Assembly: GCF_001194135.2 (NCBI RefSeq)
Contig: NC_068994.1
Coordinates: forward strand, 43,541,331-43,605,330
DNA length: 64,000 nt
DNA from: Octopus bimaculoides
Taxonomy: Eukaryota
Direction of reading: 5' to 3'
The notes under the pieces are model-generated. The model was not told the DNA's origin, did no database searches, and worked only from the letters and a program-made list of their open reading frames with translations. Numbering within the stretch: position 1 is the first letter of the stretch; every line of letters starts with the position of its first letter. Shown here in pieces: positions 49,472-63,057 of the stretch. The position numbers were made by a program, and so were the translations under genes.

Positions 49472-50006
49472 GTCTAATAATAAAATATTGCAGGAAAGCA
49501 AAGGAAATGTTCATGCATCCGGGGTTAGATTAAGACCCATAGAGGCCCTAAATACTTAAAAGATTTTGATGTCCCCATATATATGTAATTCAAAATACAA
49601 ATAATAATGAACCATAGAATGAATTTTTATTTTTCAAAATGAAACAAAATAGTAAGATGGAAAATATTGTTTATTTTTGTATACTACCACTTTATTTGAA
49701 AACTTTTCTATTTGATCAGATAATGACACCATGAATACTTCGAAATTATATTTCCAATCACATAAACCCGGTCAAAAATCATTTTAGCAAGTTTAAAGTG
49801 ATTAATTTTGTACTGTAAACCATTTACCATTCCTGTGGTGCCTCGGTATCCCTTGATACCTTAAGCTTGTGCTTATTTTGCGTAATGGTTAACCCAGCAC
49901 AGCATACATTACATGGTGTGCAACTTTCTCACCTCGGTAATTAGGAGCTGAGCCTTCTTGTTTCTATCTCTCAACAACTTTGCAGAATATTCTCCTATTC
50001 ACTATC

Positions 50007-50450
50007 TTTTTTTTTTTTTTTTTTTTTGTGGAAATATTTTATTTACTAATAAACACTTTAAAAAGATGAAAAATCAAGAAAAAATCAAGAAAAAAGGGGG
50101 CGACAAAGCAGCAGGAGGCAGAGTGGAGTGATGGGCCACATATCCTCCCAGAACAAGAGTGGTGCTCTGCAGCACCCTGCAGTGATAACCATGATGGCAT
50201 TGCTGAGGAAAATAGACAGCGACACTCGCTGCAGTAGCCAACCCACCACACAGGGCTCGTTTCTCCAATGGATCACCACTAGCCCCATTCTGCTGATATT
50301 TTGATGGCAACTGGCACCAACTGATAACAGCCAGCCTATTTGTCCACCAAAATGGTCAAGCAGATACTGTCACCACACGCACATGACAAAATCCCACCCC
50401 AAACTCACCTCCTCCACTCCGCATGACACAATACCAAGTGCATGCTATCA
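50007..50450 (-). mobile_element. CRE-like RLE non-LTR retrotransposon 3' end with poly(A) tail
   Basis: Minus strand WDF..C ... K*AGCYQLVPVAIKISAEWG (frameshift) RNEPCVVGWLLQRVSLSIFLSNAIMVITAG resembles YxFVPxAVETxGxWG...EPR...WLxQRxSxAxxRGNA; AATAAA (plus-strand TTTATT at 50038-50043) lies 10 nt before a 21-A tail (T run 50007-50027). Confidence 0.6.
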
Positions 50451-50814
50451 TCTAGTGCAATTGCTTCCTTCTTCTGCCTACAAGATGACCATTCCTGTTG
50501 GTAATACCCTCTTTCAAATAGGATGCTTTTATACTCACCAAAATAATTCAATCCTTTTTTTTTCTATCTCTAATAGATAGATCTATCCCAATCAATAGAA
50601 ACACATGACATCTTGTTCTTTTTCCCATATAAGATAATCTCTCTGAGTCTGCCAATTGATATCACCCTCACTTCCAACATATCAAAGGTAATGGAGATAT
50701 CTTATTACACTGAACCTCTTTCCCTTCTCAGTGACTACAAGTATGATATCCATAGAGTAAGAGCTACCAGATACTTGTTCAGTTTTTTTTTATAGCTTTT
50801 GTATTTATTCAATG

Positions 50815-50815
50815 T

Positions 50816-50863
<48 letters not shown>

Positions 50864-51003
50864 ACTGTCTGTCTATTTATCTATCTAACTGTCTATCTAT
50901 CTATCTATCTAACTGTCTGTCTATCTATCTAACTGTCTGTCTATCTATCTATCTAACTGTCTGTCTATCTATTTATATATTTATCTATCTATCTATCTTT
51001 CTA
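50815..51003. repeat. (ATCT)n array with higher-order ATCTAACTGTCTGTCT units
   Basis: AACTGTCT variant recurs five times at 16-28 bp spacing. Confidence 0.9.
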
Positions 51004-52406
51004 TCTTGAACAGTATTCAGTACATCACCTTTTAACTTCTCCAGTTACATATTTTATATTTCAATATTAAACTGCATCCAATAACAAAGAAAGGAAAAAA
51101 GTATCTCACTGAGCATGCAGTTATTCACCAACACCTTTGGCTGACAAACATCCTGCCTCTTCATTGTGCCTTTTCAACAGCTTCTATAGGAACCTGTTTA
51201 CTTTGACATTAGCAGGGCTCATGCTCCCTTTACTTTATTTATGTCCCACCCCAAGCCTGTATTTTAAGAGTTTGGCAAAAGAAACAGATAGAATAATTAT
51301 CAAACGTTAAAAAAATACCAGGACTGATTTGTTTAATTAAACCCTCCAAGGAGGTGTCTTAGCATGGAACTGTCTTATGACTAAACACGCAAACGGTAAA
51401 AGACAAAACCCTTTAGAATCTTATCCCTGCTTACTTTCTTCACTCATTCATCAACCTGCAGAATTTTAATCATCATCATCACCATTCTTTAACATCTGTT
51501 TTCCATGCTGGCATGGGTTGGATAGTTTGACCAGAGCTGGCTAGCTGGGAAGCTGCAGCAGGCTCCAATCTGATTTGGCTCAATTTCTACAGCTGGATGC
51601 CCTTCCTGACACCAACCACTTTTTACAGTGTGTGCTGGGTGCTTTTAACATGTCACTGGCATGAGTACTTTTACATGACACTGGCACGAGTGATTTTTAT
51701 GTGACCCTGACACAGGCCTCTTGCAGGTCAATCCTCTTCATCAGGGGTTGTGGCCTTAACACTTCAGCTGTGGAGGACAGGTCTTTTTGAATACATCAAG
51801 GTGCCAAATATCTGAACATTATCTTGTATACTGATTCCACTAGTTGAGAAGACTTGTAAATGGTGTAACACTGACTAAATTATTGAAAAACAGAATATTA
51901 ATAAAGAAGCAACTAAAAAGCCGCTCTTATTCACTCTTCCTTTCATTTTTTATGTTGTAAATCATAACCAAATTATTTCTAGCAAAATACATTAATCTTG
52001 TTGATCACAACATAAAATATTAAGCAAAAAGAAATATTACAGATATTTTCGTTATTTTAAAATAAAGTGTAGTATTACATTCGAAAAATAATATTGTATT
52101 TGTATCAACAGTACAGTAACAACTTTTATTGATTTCACTCTGTCATGAAGAAAGAACAGAGGCAGAGTTATGTGGTTCAGAATTTTCCTTCACGATTACT
52201 TGGGTTCATGTTGGATCCTACATTGTGGTCATCATCATTATCATCACCATCATCATCATAATCATTTTAATACCCAATTCTCCAAGCTTGCATCGATCAA
52301 ATTTTGTGAGAGCGATTTTCTCCAGTCAGAACTGAATCCAAAACCATGTGGTTGGGAAGCAAGCTTCTTATTACACAGCTATGCCTGTGCCAATATATGT
52401 ATATAT

Positions 52407-52453
<47 letters not shown>

Positions 52454-52918
52454 NNNNNNNNNNNNNNNNNNNNNNNNNNNNNNNNNNNNNNNNNNNNNNN
52501 NNNNNNNNNNNNNNNNNNNNNNNNNNNNNNNNNNNNNNNNNNNNNNNNNNNNNNNNNNNNNNNNNNNNNNNNNNNNNNNNNNNNNNNNNNNNNNNNNNNN
52601 NNNNNNNNNNNNNNNNNNNNNNNNNNNNNNNNNNNNNNNNNNNNNNNNNNNNNNNNNNNNNNNNNNNNNNNNNNNNNNNNNNNNNNNNNNNNNNNNNNNN
52701 NNNNNNNNNNNNNNNNNNNNNNNNNNNNNNNNNNNNNNNNNNNNNNNNNNNNNNNNNNNNNNNNNNNNNNNNNNNNNNNNNNNNNNNNNNNNNNNNNNNN
52801 NNNNNNNNNNNNNNNNNNNNNNNNNNNNNNNNNNNNNNNNNNNNNNNNNNNNNNNNNNNNNNNNNNNNNNNNNNNNNNNNNNNNNNNNNNNNNNATATAT
52901 ACATATATATATATATAC

Positions 52919-52953
<35 letters not shown>

Positions 52954-54194
52954 TGTTTAAGTAATATTTAGAAATTTGTTTCTCTTGTCAATTTTAGATA
53001 GTAACAACAAACACATCGAAGACACATTATCAGATGATCGGCTTCAATGTTTGATATTTTTTTATATACATAATAATCTTTAATGTAGATTTTCACTTGA
53101 AGCATTAATATTCAAGGTTCATTTTTAATCCTCTTCAACCATGAAAATGATTTTCCTTGGAGCAGTTTGTCACCATTCACGATAACAATAATCACAAAAT
53201 TGTTTCTATATTAGGGAAAGCTAACTCAGGATTATTTTTGATGATTCTTCTTTAAATTTTCTTTTAGAATAAAAGAATGATTCTTCAATTTGTTGCTGTT
53301 TTCTTGTCACTGTTGTAATTGTTGTTATACTTGTTCTATCGTTGTTTTTAGTTGGGTTTCTTTTTTTGGTTGGTTTCTTTTTTTTCCCCACTTCCAATGT
53401 GGAAATTTTTACTTGAAGTAGTTATTGAAGTGTGTTAGCTATCACAAAATTAGATACAACATCAATTTTTCCTTCGTTTTATTCCTAAACTTTATTTCTT
53501 TTAGCAATCAGTAATTCAAAGGCAGCTAAGCTATTTCCTTCATGAATAGTGTATCTTGGGCTATTGTGTGTATTTTTGTGTCTGTGTTTGCCCCTGCTAC
53601 ACCACTCAAGATCTGGTGTTGGTTAGTTGCAACTTAGCAGTTTGGCCAGAGAGACTGATAGAATACATATCTGGCTTTAAAAAAAGTGATGATGGTCAAG
53701 TCATTCGCCAAAATCTTCTTCAAAGCCCCAACATGACTGCAGTCTAATGACTGAAATAAATAAAATATAAACACACACACACACACACATACATATATAT
53801 ACATATATCCATACATATATACTAACATACAAACATATATATACAAATATAAAGTAATAACACTAATCCTTGGATGGAATTTATAAACATTTTAAAGCAT
53901 CACTACGGATGTTTCCCATTTCTCTTAAGAGTCCATATTCCTGAGATGATTAGAGTATAGTCCATAGGATCTGTGGGCATCGGATATTTATCCTACATTA
54001 TATTATATTGGTACAGCTTAACACAATCCAAAAAATAACTGGTTTACCAGTCAGCATCATTAGACTGTGGCCAGCATAATGAAATAGGAGCTTTATTCAT
54101 ATACCATAAACATTTCATGTAAACAGATTTAAAAGATATATATGTATATATATATACAAATGCATACATATATACATATATATATATGGCCATA

Positions 54195-54455
54195 TAGCCT
54201 TTCTTGTTTATTTTCACTGTTTCGTTTTCCTGTCTTGTTTTCTGTCCGCCACTACATTCTTCCACGTTACAAATTTAATTTGTCTCCGTGGGAAGAGCCA
54301 TTCTAACAATGCGTCCTGCCCTAACTCTTCGAAACGCTTCATTTTAGAATGGTGGCAGCTGATGAAGGAAATGTTCTCTATGTGGCCTGTATGTTTTCTG
54401 TGCTCTGTTTATCATTTTGTCCACGTTTTTTTGCAACATCCTGTACCCAGACATG
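54195..54455 (+). mobile_element. Probable Penelope-type terminal fragment between (TA)n arrays
   Basis: CCGTGG-GAAGAG...CTCTTC-GAAACG (54286-54336) and CTGATGAAGG (54359-54368); T-rich composition like the other PLE termini. Confidence 0.4.
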
Positions 54456-55943
54456 CATCTATATATACTTGTAGATGTAGGTATATACATAAATGTACGT
54501 ATATATGCATATAATCACATATTATTTGTATTATAAATATATATATATACACACACACACACATATATAAACAAATAACAGCAGATAGATTGTGATTCAC
54601 TACAACTGTTCCAAACAGGTTAATACACACTTTCAGCAGGTCAATACATGTAAGAATTAAACATTTTGAATATCTCAAAAATAAGTCAATACTGCCATTT
54701 TGACTCTACCAACCAAAATTCGGTCAGACCAAATATATTCTAACAGACTAGTGCCACAAATAATGTCAAGAGTAGGTAGATGTAGGTTTCTTTTTCAATA
54801 TCATTAAGCTTTTCCTAGAAAATATGCTACCAATTCTCACCAATTGTTGAAGACCTTACATTATACTTGACCTACCAGAAACAACAACAAATTCACTTTC
54901 AAATTACACTTTCATCATTTTAAGTGACAAAGAAAGGGTTAAGTTCAGACTGGAAAACACAGTCCTAAGTAAACTGCATCTGCTTGATGAGAGCTGATAC
55001 AGGGTTAGTCATTGTCATTGTCATCATCATCCTCGTTGTCATCATGATCATTGTCATCGTCATCATTGTTGTCATCATTATCATCACCATCATCATTGTC
55101 TTTGTCATCATCATGCTACACAGTATTTGTTCGAAATTTCTGCAGCCTGTGTTCAAATCCTGCTAACGTTGACTTTATCCTTTTGAGGTTGGTTAATAGA
55201 AGTGTACGAATTGAGAATGGTGGATTAGTGGAATTGTTAGAATATCTGTCAAGATACCTTACTGTATTTGTTCAGGCTATTTATATACTGACAATAATGT
55301 CTGCAATAAGACCTAAAGTGAGCTATCATTGTCTTGGACAACTTTAACAGTATGAAGAACAGTGTTGCATGCATAGGCAACAGCCAGTGTTTTCCAAATA
55401 AAAATCCTTGCTGGAACCTATGCATATCCTTGTTGCAGAATAGTGGCTCGTGTGCCTCACTGACCCTGAGAGCTATGCTAGTAGAATGGAATGCAGGTTC
55501 CTGGTATGGAGGTTCCCATGCTAGACAGGTTAAAGGATAGAGCTCAGATTAATATGGACCGTCACTTCCCAGACATGATGAAGATGACAACGATTATGAA
55601 GACAACAATGATGACAATGAAGATGATAATGATGAACAGAAGTCACAAATCATTCTGATTGTTACACTAGCTTTAAAAACAAAAATTCAAATGTTAAGTA
55701 TTTTAAATTTTCATGACATTTTTGTATGAAGAATGACTTGCTCAAATATTATTTAACATACTGCAGCATTTTAAGAGGAGTCCACACTGTAAGGTGGTTG
55801 ACATTTGGAAGGGCATTCAGTTGTAAAAACCATGCCAAAACTGACCTCACCTGTGCTCATGCCACATAAAAAGCACTCAGTCCACTCTACTGGTTGGTTG
55901 GTGTTAGGAAGGGCATCCAGCCATAAAAATGAGAACCCCACAA

Positions 55944-56092
55944 GGAAAATTACCCCTGAGGACAACAGATGATGATTTAGAACTTCTTAATATATTAGAG
56001 AGGGGGTAATTAACCAAGAGGTGTAATTGTCCTAGGGGGTAGTTGTCGTTGGGGGGAACTGTCCTATGGGGTGGGGTAATTGTCCGGATACG
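55944..56092. mobile_element. Remnant DNA transposon with subterminal GGGGTAATTGTCC repeats
   Basis: Five GGGGTA(A/G)TTGTCC-like copies ending GTCCGGATACG; inverted GGAAAATTACCCC/GGACAAC copies at 55944-55966. Confidence 0.5.
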
Positions 56093-57166
56093 ATAAAAAC
56101 TGTGCCAAAACAGACACAAAAGTCTGGTGCAGTCTCCTGCCTGGCCAGCTCCTGTCAAACCATCCAACCAATGCCAGCATGGAAGGCAGACATTAAATAA
56201 TTACGAGGATGATACTGATAATGATGATGTGGTAAGCTGACAAGAATCATTGGCACATCAGACAAAATGCTAAGTAGCATTTCTTCCAGCTTTTTACATT
56301 CCGAGTTCAAATTTTGGGAAGGACAGTTTTGTCTTTCATCCCTTGGAAGTTGATAAAATAAATTACCAGTAAAGTATTGAAGTTGATGTTATCCAATTTG
56401 TTCCCTCACCTCAAATTTGCCAACCTTGATCCTTGCAATGGCCCGATATCCCATTCAACGGTGATGATGTGACCTTGGCCATTTATATGCCATAGAAACA
56501 AGGTAAACCAACCTTATGAGTTCTAAGGCTCAAGAAACATACTAGAAAAATATTTTTTAACAAATAATTTTAACAAATGTCAGATATTATTTCTGATATT
56601 AATTTCGTAACAAATTCACCAATCCAAAAACAAAACTAAAAAGAAAAAAAAAAAAAAACAGAGATTTCGCTAGTTACAAAACTCAAATAGATTTTGCATT
56701 CAAAGTTCTATCCCATGGAAACCTAGATTATCTTTGGATATGTATCAATCACCCTTCTCAGTTTATCCTCGTATTAACAGGAGAGCAAGCATTGGCAACG
56801 GTAGATTGGGGATCAAAGAATGCTGTTATCTACTTTGTAGAAGCTAACAAAAATGTTCACAAATGTACATTAGCAAACATTTCACTTGAAACCAAGCAAC
56901 AATTAAGTGCAGAATGACCAATAAAAATTCAAAGTATGCTCAATGCATCATCAAATATACATGGTATATGTGTGTGTATGTGTGTGTACGTGTGTATGTG
57001 TGCATGCAGACACATGCACATGTATGTGTATGTATGAGTGCATATATGTGTGTATGTGTATGCATACATATATATATATAAATACATACATACATGGGAT
57101 TTACCCTAACTACCTACTAAATGCATACATAAATATGTATGTGTATATGTATATATGTATATATAT

Positions 57167-57222
<56 letters not shown>

Positions 57223-57666
57223 TTAATAACACACACACACATAGATATATACATGCATGTAATACATACATACAAAACCCTTTGTGGTGCTATATCATTA
57301 TATTTATCAACCCAAATAGCCAGAATATCATATAAACTCTCTCTGAAGTTAGCTTTGTAATGGTTCATCAAGTAATTTAGCACTATTCTTTTACCTCTAT
57401 TATTTTTGGGGGAGAGAAAACAAAGTAGCGAGAGAAGGAAAAAAAAAATCCTATCATGGCAAGTGACACATTTTGTACAAACAACAAACAATTAACCCAT
57501 TTGTGTGATATCTGATGTTGAATCATTAAATAGGCTAAATTATCCAATATTATCCCTTTATCTAAAGTACTATTATAAATACCTTCTGCTATAAACTGAT
57601 GGGTTACACACTCAGATACACACACACACATGCATACATATATGCATATGTGTATGTATGTATATA

Positions 57667-57712
<46 letters not shown>

Positions 57713-58007
57713 TACACATATACACACACACATATATATATATATATACATAAGCATATGTAGTATATATACACATGTCTATGCATATGTATGTATAAAT
57801 GTATGTATATATATGTGTGTATATGTATATATATATATATGTGCATGTGTGTGTGTATGTGTGCATGTGTATGTGCATATGTATATATATATATGTGTGT
57901 GTATGCATGTATATGTATATACATATATATGCATATATATATATACACATATATATACATGTATTGATATATATATATACACATACACACAAACACACAC
58001 ACACACA

Positions 58008-58044
<37 letters not shown>

Positions 58045-58459
58045 TTGTATATATACACACACTTATATACATATATGTATGTATGTATGTATGCATTTAT
58101 GTTAAAGAATTATGAATGTCCTCTAAGTATATTGCTGACATAACGCCTCATATAATCAGCAAGAAATTACTGAATGAGTTTAATCAAGCTAAGAAAATTC
58201 TTTAGCAACTCAAGATTTTCTTTTTCAGTGTTCCTTTTATAAAGCCAATAAGCTTATAATCTGCTAACGTATCCCTAACTGAACCGAACACACTGCCAAA
58301 TCACTTGCTTTTTTTCTCATCTGAAATTTTGATCATGAATTTGTAGTAAATACATATCATATTAATAAATATTTACAGACAGCTTTTGTGTAATAATTTG
58401 TATTATCCTTATTCACACAGACATCATACCTTTACTAGTCATTATTATGACAATGGTTT

Positions 58460-58665
58460 AGGTGGTGAGCTGGCTGGATTGTTAGCACACTGGACGAAAT
58501 GCTTAGTGGCATGTCATCTGCTGTTATGTTCTAAGTTCTAATTTTGCCAAGGTTGACGTTGCTTTTCATCCTTTCGGGGTCGATAACTTAAGTACTAGAG
58601 AAACACTGGGGTCAATTAAATTTACTAGCCTCCTCCCACAAATTTCAGACCTTATGCCTTCAGTA
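58460..58665 (+). mobile_element. SINE family a with tail Y (diverged)
   Basis: GGTGGTGAGCTGGCTGGATTGTTAGCAC...TTTCATCCTTTCGGGGTCGATAA...TTATGCCTTCAGTAGAA. Confidence 0.75.
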
Positions 58666-58717
58666 GAATGTATCATTAGGGTAATGGTTATTGTGGCGAG
58701 CTGGCCCTATGGTTAGC

Positions 58718-59088
58718 ATGGAAGGCCTTGTACCAAACTTTGACAACGAAAGTTACAAAAACAGCAGAACAGAGTGCTACTGCATTGTGCCAAAGATCCC
58801 AGCATCACCACCAAAGTACAGGACCAGATACTACAACAGCTTGAGTTTCAAGGGCCCATGGTTCTTCGGTACCCTTCCAAAATGCCTGTGATACCTGCAT
58901 GATGTGGATGTAAGTGTCTTTGAAACAAAACTGGATTCCCTCCTAGGAAACACAGATGAGGGCAGCAGCATCAAACTCCCTCATTCACCAAATGCCACAT
59001 ATCAGAGGAGGTTTCACATAATGGTGTAGTACAGCTAACAGTGGTGCCCCAGCATGACCACAGCTTTAAGGCTGAAACATTTTAAAGA
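58718..59088 (+). mobile_element. CR1/L2-group LINE ORF2 C-terminus and 3'UTR
   Basis: EGLVPNF...CIVPKIP....RTRYYNSLSFKGPWFFGTLPKCL*YLHDVDVSVFETKLDSLL...DE...RAAASNSLIHQ matches the GLVPN / GPxLFNxLP / FKxxLD / RAAxSNSL end of this LINE group; 3'UTR ends GTGGTGCCCCAGCATGACCACAGC...GGCTGAAAC. Confidence 0.75.
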
Positions 59089-59444
59089 TGAATATGAATA
59101 TGCCATATGAGGCATAAAGTCTTCAACCCATAATTTTCTGCAAACAATAACTTCAGAATATTTTTTCCAAAAAACTATCAAATGTTAGGTGTTCCTCGTG
59201 GGAATATTAAAAAAGGGTCATGAAGGATTATTGATTTTTTATTTATTTAGTTTTTTTTTTATTTAGTTTTTTTTTTTATTTTACAATCAGGAAGGAAAGT
59301 ATTGCTCATGACCATGGTAAGAATTCAATGAGAAAGGGATCCTCAAACCAGTGACTTTGCCCAAATACTTGCAATAGAGTGGACTCTACTAAAGGCACTG
59401 AAGGTGCCAGCTGATGATATTAAACTGGGTCATGGATTAAGCTT

Positions 59445-59835
59445 ACCTCTGAAGTAGACTATAGCAGGATTTGGACTCAGAATGCAAAAGGCCAAAACAA
59501 ATACCACAAAACATCTCGTCCAATGTTCATACAAATTCACCAATCTACTGCCCTGACTTAATACATTTTCTCTTTTTTTTGTTTAACCCTGAAAGGATGA
59601 AAGACTAAGTTGACCTTGGTGAGATTTGAAATTGGAATGAAAAGATTCAAAACAAATACCACAAGACATCCAGTTCAATGTTCTTACAAATCCACAAATC
59701 CACTACCCTGAATTGGTACATTTTTATCAGTTCTGAAAGGATGAAAAACAAAAGTTAACCTTGGTGAAACTTGAACTCAGAGTATAGAAGGTCAGAGTAC
59801 TGAAAACCACAAAGTAGCCAATCCGCTGCTCTAAT
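59445..59835 (-). repeat. Three tandem antisense SINE-a-derived units (~150 bp period)
   Basis: AAACAAATACCACAA at 59495 and 59650, AAAACCACAAAG at ~59802; GAAAGGATGAAA..AAGTT.ACCTTGGTGA repeated. Confidence 0.6.
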
Positions 59836-60419
59836 GATCCTGACAAAATCGTATGCAATGTTGAGAAGCTGGGAACTGCTGGTCTCAAGGGCAATGATGT
59901 GCTGAATTTTGGAAGCTGAAATGCCACCAGTCTGGTTTCTGGTTCTCTACAGACTCTAGCATTACTTCTACTGTTATAAATACCATTCACACTAGTGTCA
60001 CAGGCCAAATTTATTGATCTCAAAAACATCGTAGGAAGACTCATATTAAATAAATTACATGAGTAATTAAAGAAATGGCAAATACTCTTTATTTAATTTA
60101 ATTATAATATGATCATCAGAAGGGATTAATGAGTGAAAACAAATGATTTCTTGAGAGTTTGTTATATCTGGCAGCCATTAAAAGTTCAACTCTATACATA
60201 GAGTTTTATGAATGATCGGGAGATCTTTTGATAACCACAGTTAGTAATAGTTGACTTTTAGATTACATTATGTTACAAGTCAGATTTTAAATTAAACACT
60301 GAATGAAAGCTTCTGGGGGAAATATGCTTGGAAAAATAAAACAGAATTTGAGTGATGTTTACCATTTTTTTTTTTTTTTTTTTCATGTTTCTGTATTTGT
60401 TAATTTAAAATTTTCATGC

Positions 60420-60850
60420 AGGCGTGACTGCATTGTTAAGAAATTTTACTTCCTAACCATGTAGTCTCTGGTTCAATCCCACTGCATGGTATCTTGGGTT
60501 AGTTCTTCTTGATTGGCCTTGGCCCACCAAAGCCTTGTGAGTGGATTTGATAGATGGGAATTTAAAGAAGTCCTATCACATGTATATACATAAGCATGTA
60601 TGCATGTGTTTGTGTCTATCCTTGTCTTGACATCATGTAATGGCAGTAAATGAGCATTACCATCATACAAGAGAGGTTGTTAATTTCCTGTCTCCTATGA
60701 AAAAGATGTCTGACCACGGGGAAATATTACCTCACTTTGAAACAGGTCAGGATTGGCAACAGGAAGGGTATCTGGTCATAGAAAACCTGTCTTAACAAAT
60801 TTCTTTTGACCCTGGAAAGCATGGAAAAATGGATGCTAAGTGATGATGTT
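60420..60850 (+). mobile_element. SINE family b with tail W
   Basis: TGTTAAGAAATTTTACTTCCTAACCATG...GGTTCAATCCCACTGC...CAAAGCCTTGTGAGTGGATTTG...TTGTCTTGACATCA...GCATGGAAAAATGGATGCTAAGTGATGATG. Confidence 0.75.
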
Positions 60851-61023
60851 TACTCTTCTCCACTAGTTTTAAATTTTAACTCTATATTTCTTAACATTCA
60901 TTTAAGACTATTCACAGTCTTAAATGTGGCAAGAGTCAATCAACCAATGGTAGCAGAAAATTATATTAACTGAGGTTTAATTCCATAATTCTACTCAGAA
61001 TTTTCAATTTATCAATTTATGAA

Positions 61024-61263
61024 CCCTTTTACTGAAGAAATTAGATATATGCACTCAAGCTTCCATTCCCCTTTACTGTGAAAAGCAACTTTATATACCA
61101 ATCTATATTTTCTTGAGAAATGTTATGTTTGAAACTATTTTTTGTTGAGACATGTCTAGTTTATTGAGACAACATGACTTGCAGAAAATACCATTTCTAT
61201 TTCTGGTAGATATTTACCATCATTACTGGAATAACCATGAAACTGAATTTTGCAGTAAAAGGG
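61024..61263. mobile_element. piggyBac-type MITE (240 bp, third family)
   Basis: TGAA|CCCTTTTACTG ... CAGTAAAAGGG|TTAA: 11-bp perfect TIR and decayed TTAA TSD. Confidence 0.75.
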
Positions 61264-61992
61264 TTAAGAAACATGAGTAACTTTTGATGAAATTTTTTTT
61301 TTCCCCTCTCTTTCATTGAGCTTTGAACATGGATGGAATAAATCAGATTTAGTGGCACTTCAGATAAATTAATTGTGTGGATAGCTCATTGCAATATTTA
61401 AAATTCTGAAATGTCTTTAGCAGACCATCACAACACATAATTTACACATTGCATGCAGTTTTAGTTTGGTAATACTATTCAGTTATGGAATAGCATCACC
61501 ATAATCAAGAAGAAAGCAAGATGCATGCAAAATCAAGAATCAAAATTGAAACTCAAAACCAGGATCAAAACATCTCTCTCTCTCTCTCTCCATAATCCAT
61601 AACGAAACATAAAAATATATATTTGAAAATAAATGGTAGCAGGATCTACAAAATTATTTCTTCAAACCTGTTTGATCTTTATACTTTTCTCAGTTACTCA
61701 TGCAAGAGCTAATGAATGAGAACTTTAAAAAAATACTTAAATAATACAGTATGCTTGGTAGATTGTCAGAGTATTTGCAAAAATATTAAAGCAAAGAAAT
61801 TCTAGCTAATGGTAGGAGGAAATAAATTTCACTCAATAAATACATACACACACACACACACACTTGTATGCACATACATACATATATACATACATACATA
61901 CATACATACATACATACATGCACACATGCATGCCTACATACATACATACCTGCATACATACATACATGCATACATACATACATACATACACA

Positions 61993-62103
61993 CAAAAATA
62001 CCCTGTTGTTGATGTAGACATTCCAGTAAAGGAGCCGTGAATCTAGCTTAGAAACCGACTCTTTCTCTATGGGCAAAAAATCTTGAAATAAAACTGAACA
62101 ATC
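61993..62103 (+). mobile_element. LINE 3'UTR fragment embedded in (CATA)n, related to 7742-7842
   Basis: GGAGCCGTGAATCTAGCTTAGAAACCGACTC aligns ungapped (20/31) with GGAGCTTTGTGTCTTTGTTGGAAACTGGGTC at 7769-7799; both end A-rich then CATA-type repeats. Confidence 0.5.
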
Positions 62104-62145
62104 ACATATATACAAACATATATACATACATACATACATGCATGC

Positions 62146-62223
<78 letters not shown>

Positions 62224-63006
62224 CATACGTACATACATACATGATAGCTGTCCACTCGTGACCGAGGAAGACCATTGCTGACCTTTAGGAACATTGTGCG
62301 CTCTAGGACTAACTTATATTTTGCATTTGCAGCTCTGTTGCTGGCTAATGAGCCACACATACATACATACATACATACATACATGCATACATACATGCAT
62401 ACATACATGCATACATACATACATGCAACAAAAATCAGGTTCCCTCTGGTCAGAGTTTGTCTGACCAAAATTTCAAATATACAAAACGTCTTTTCTCAAT
62501 GAATTTTACATGCACACTAATTCAAACATGCTTCTATCATTTATCTTTTATCTTTCACTTGTTTCAGTCATTGGACAGCAGCCATGCAGTGGTACTGCTT
62601 TGAAGGGTTTAGTCAAGCAAACTGATCTGATCTCAGTACTCGATTTTAAACTATGGTACATATTTTATCAATCTCTTTTGATGACCTGCTAAGTTATGTG
62701 GATGTAAATAAATCAATGCCAGTTGTTAAGCAGTGGACGGGTGACAAACATGAACACAAAGACGCCTACACATAAATATGCATGCAAACACACACACATA
62801 CACACACACACATATACACACACACACACTTTATTAATATTTAGCAAAAGCAACAGAATGATTCAAAGGCCAAGATTTTCATACATTATCCCTTATCAAA
62901 CTAGATAGACAGACAGCTACACAAACAGACAAACAGACCGATAGATAGATACATACATACATACATACATACATAGACAGATAGCTACACAGACGAACAG
63001 ACCGAG

Positions 63007-63057
<51 letters not shown>

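Noticed and set aside
49515-49902. Possible hAT-like non-autonomous element
   Set aside because: TIRs only partly match and the TSD is ambiguous (CATGCAT/CATACAT).
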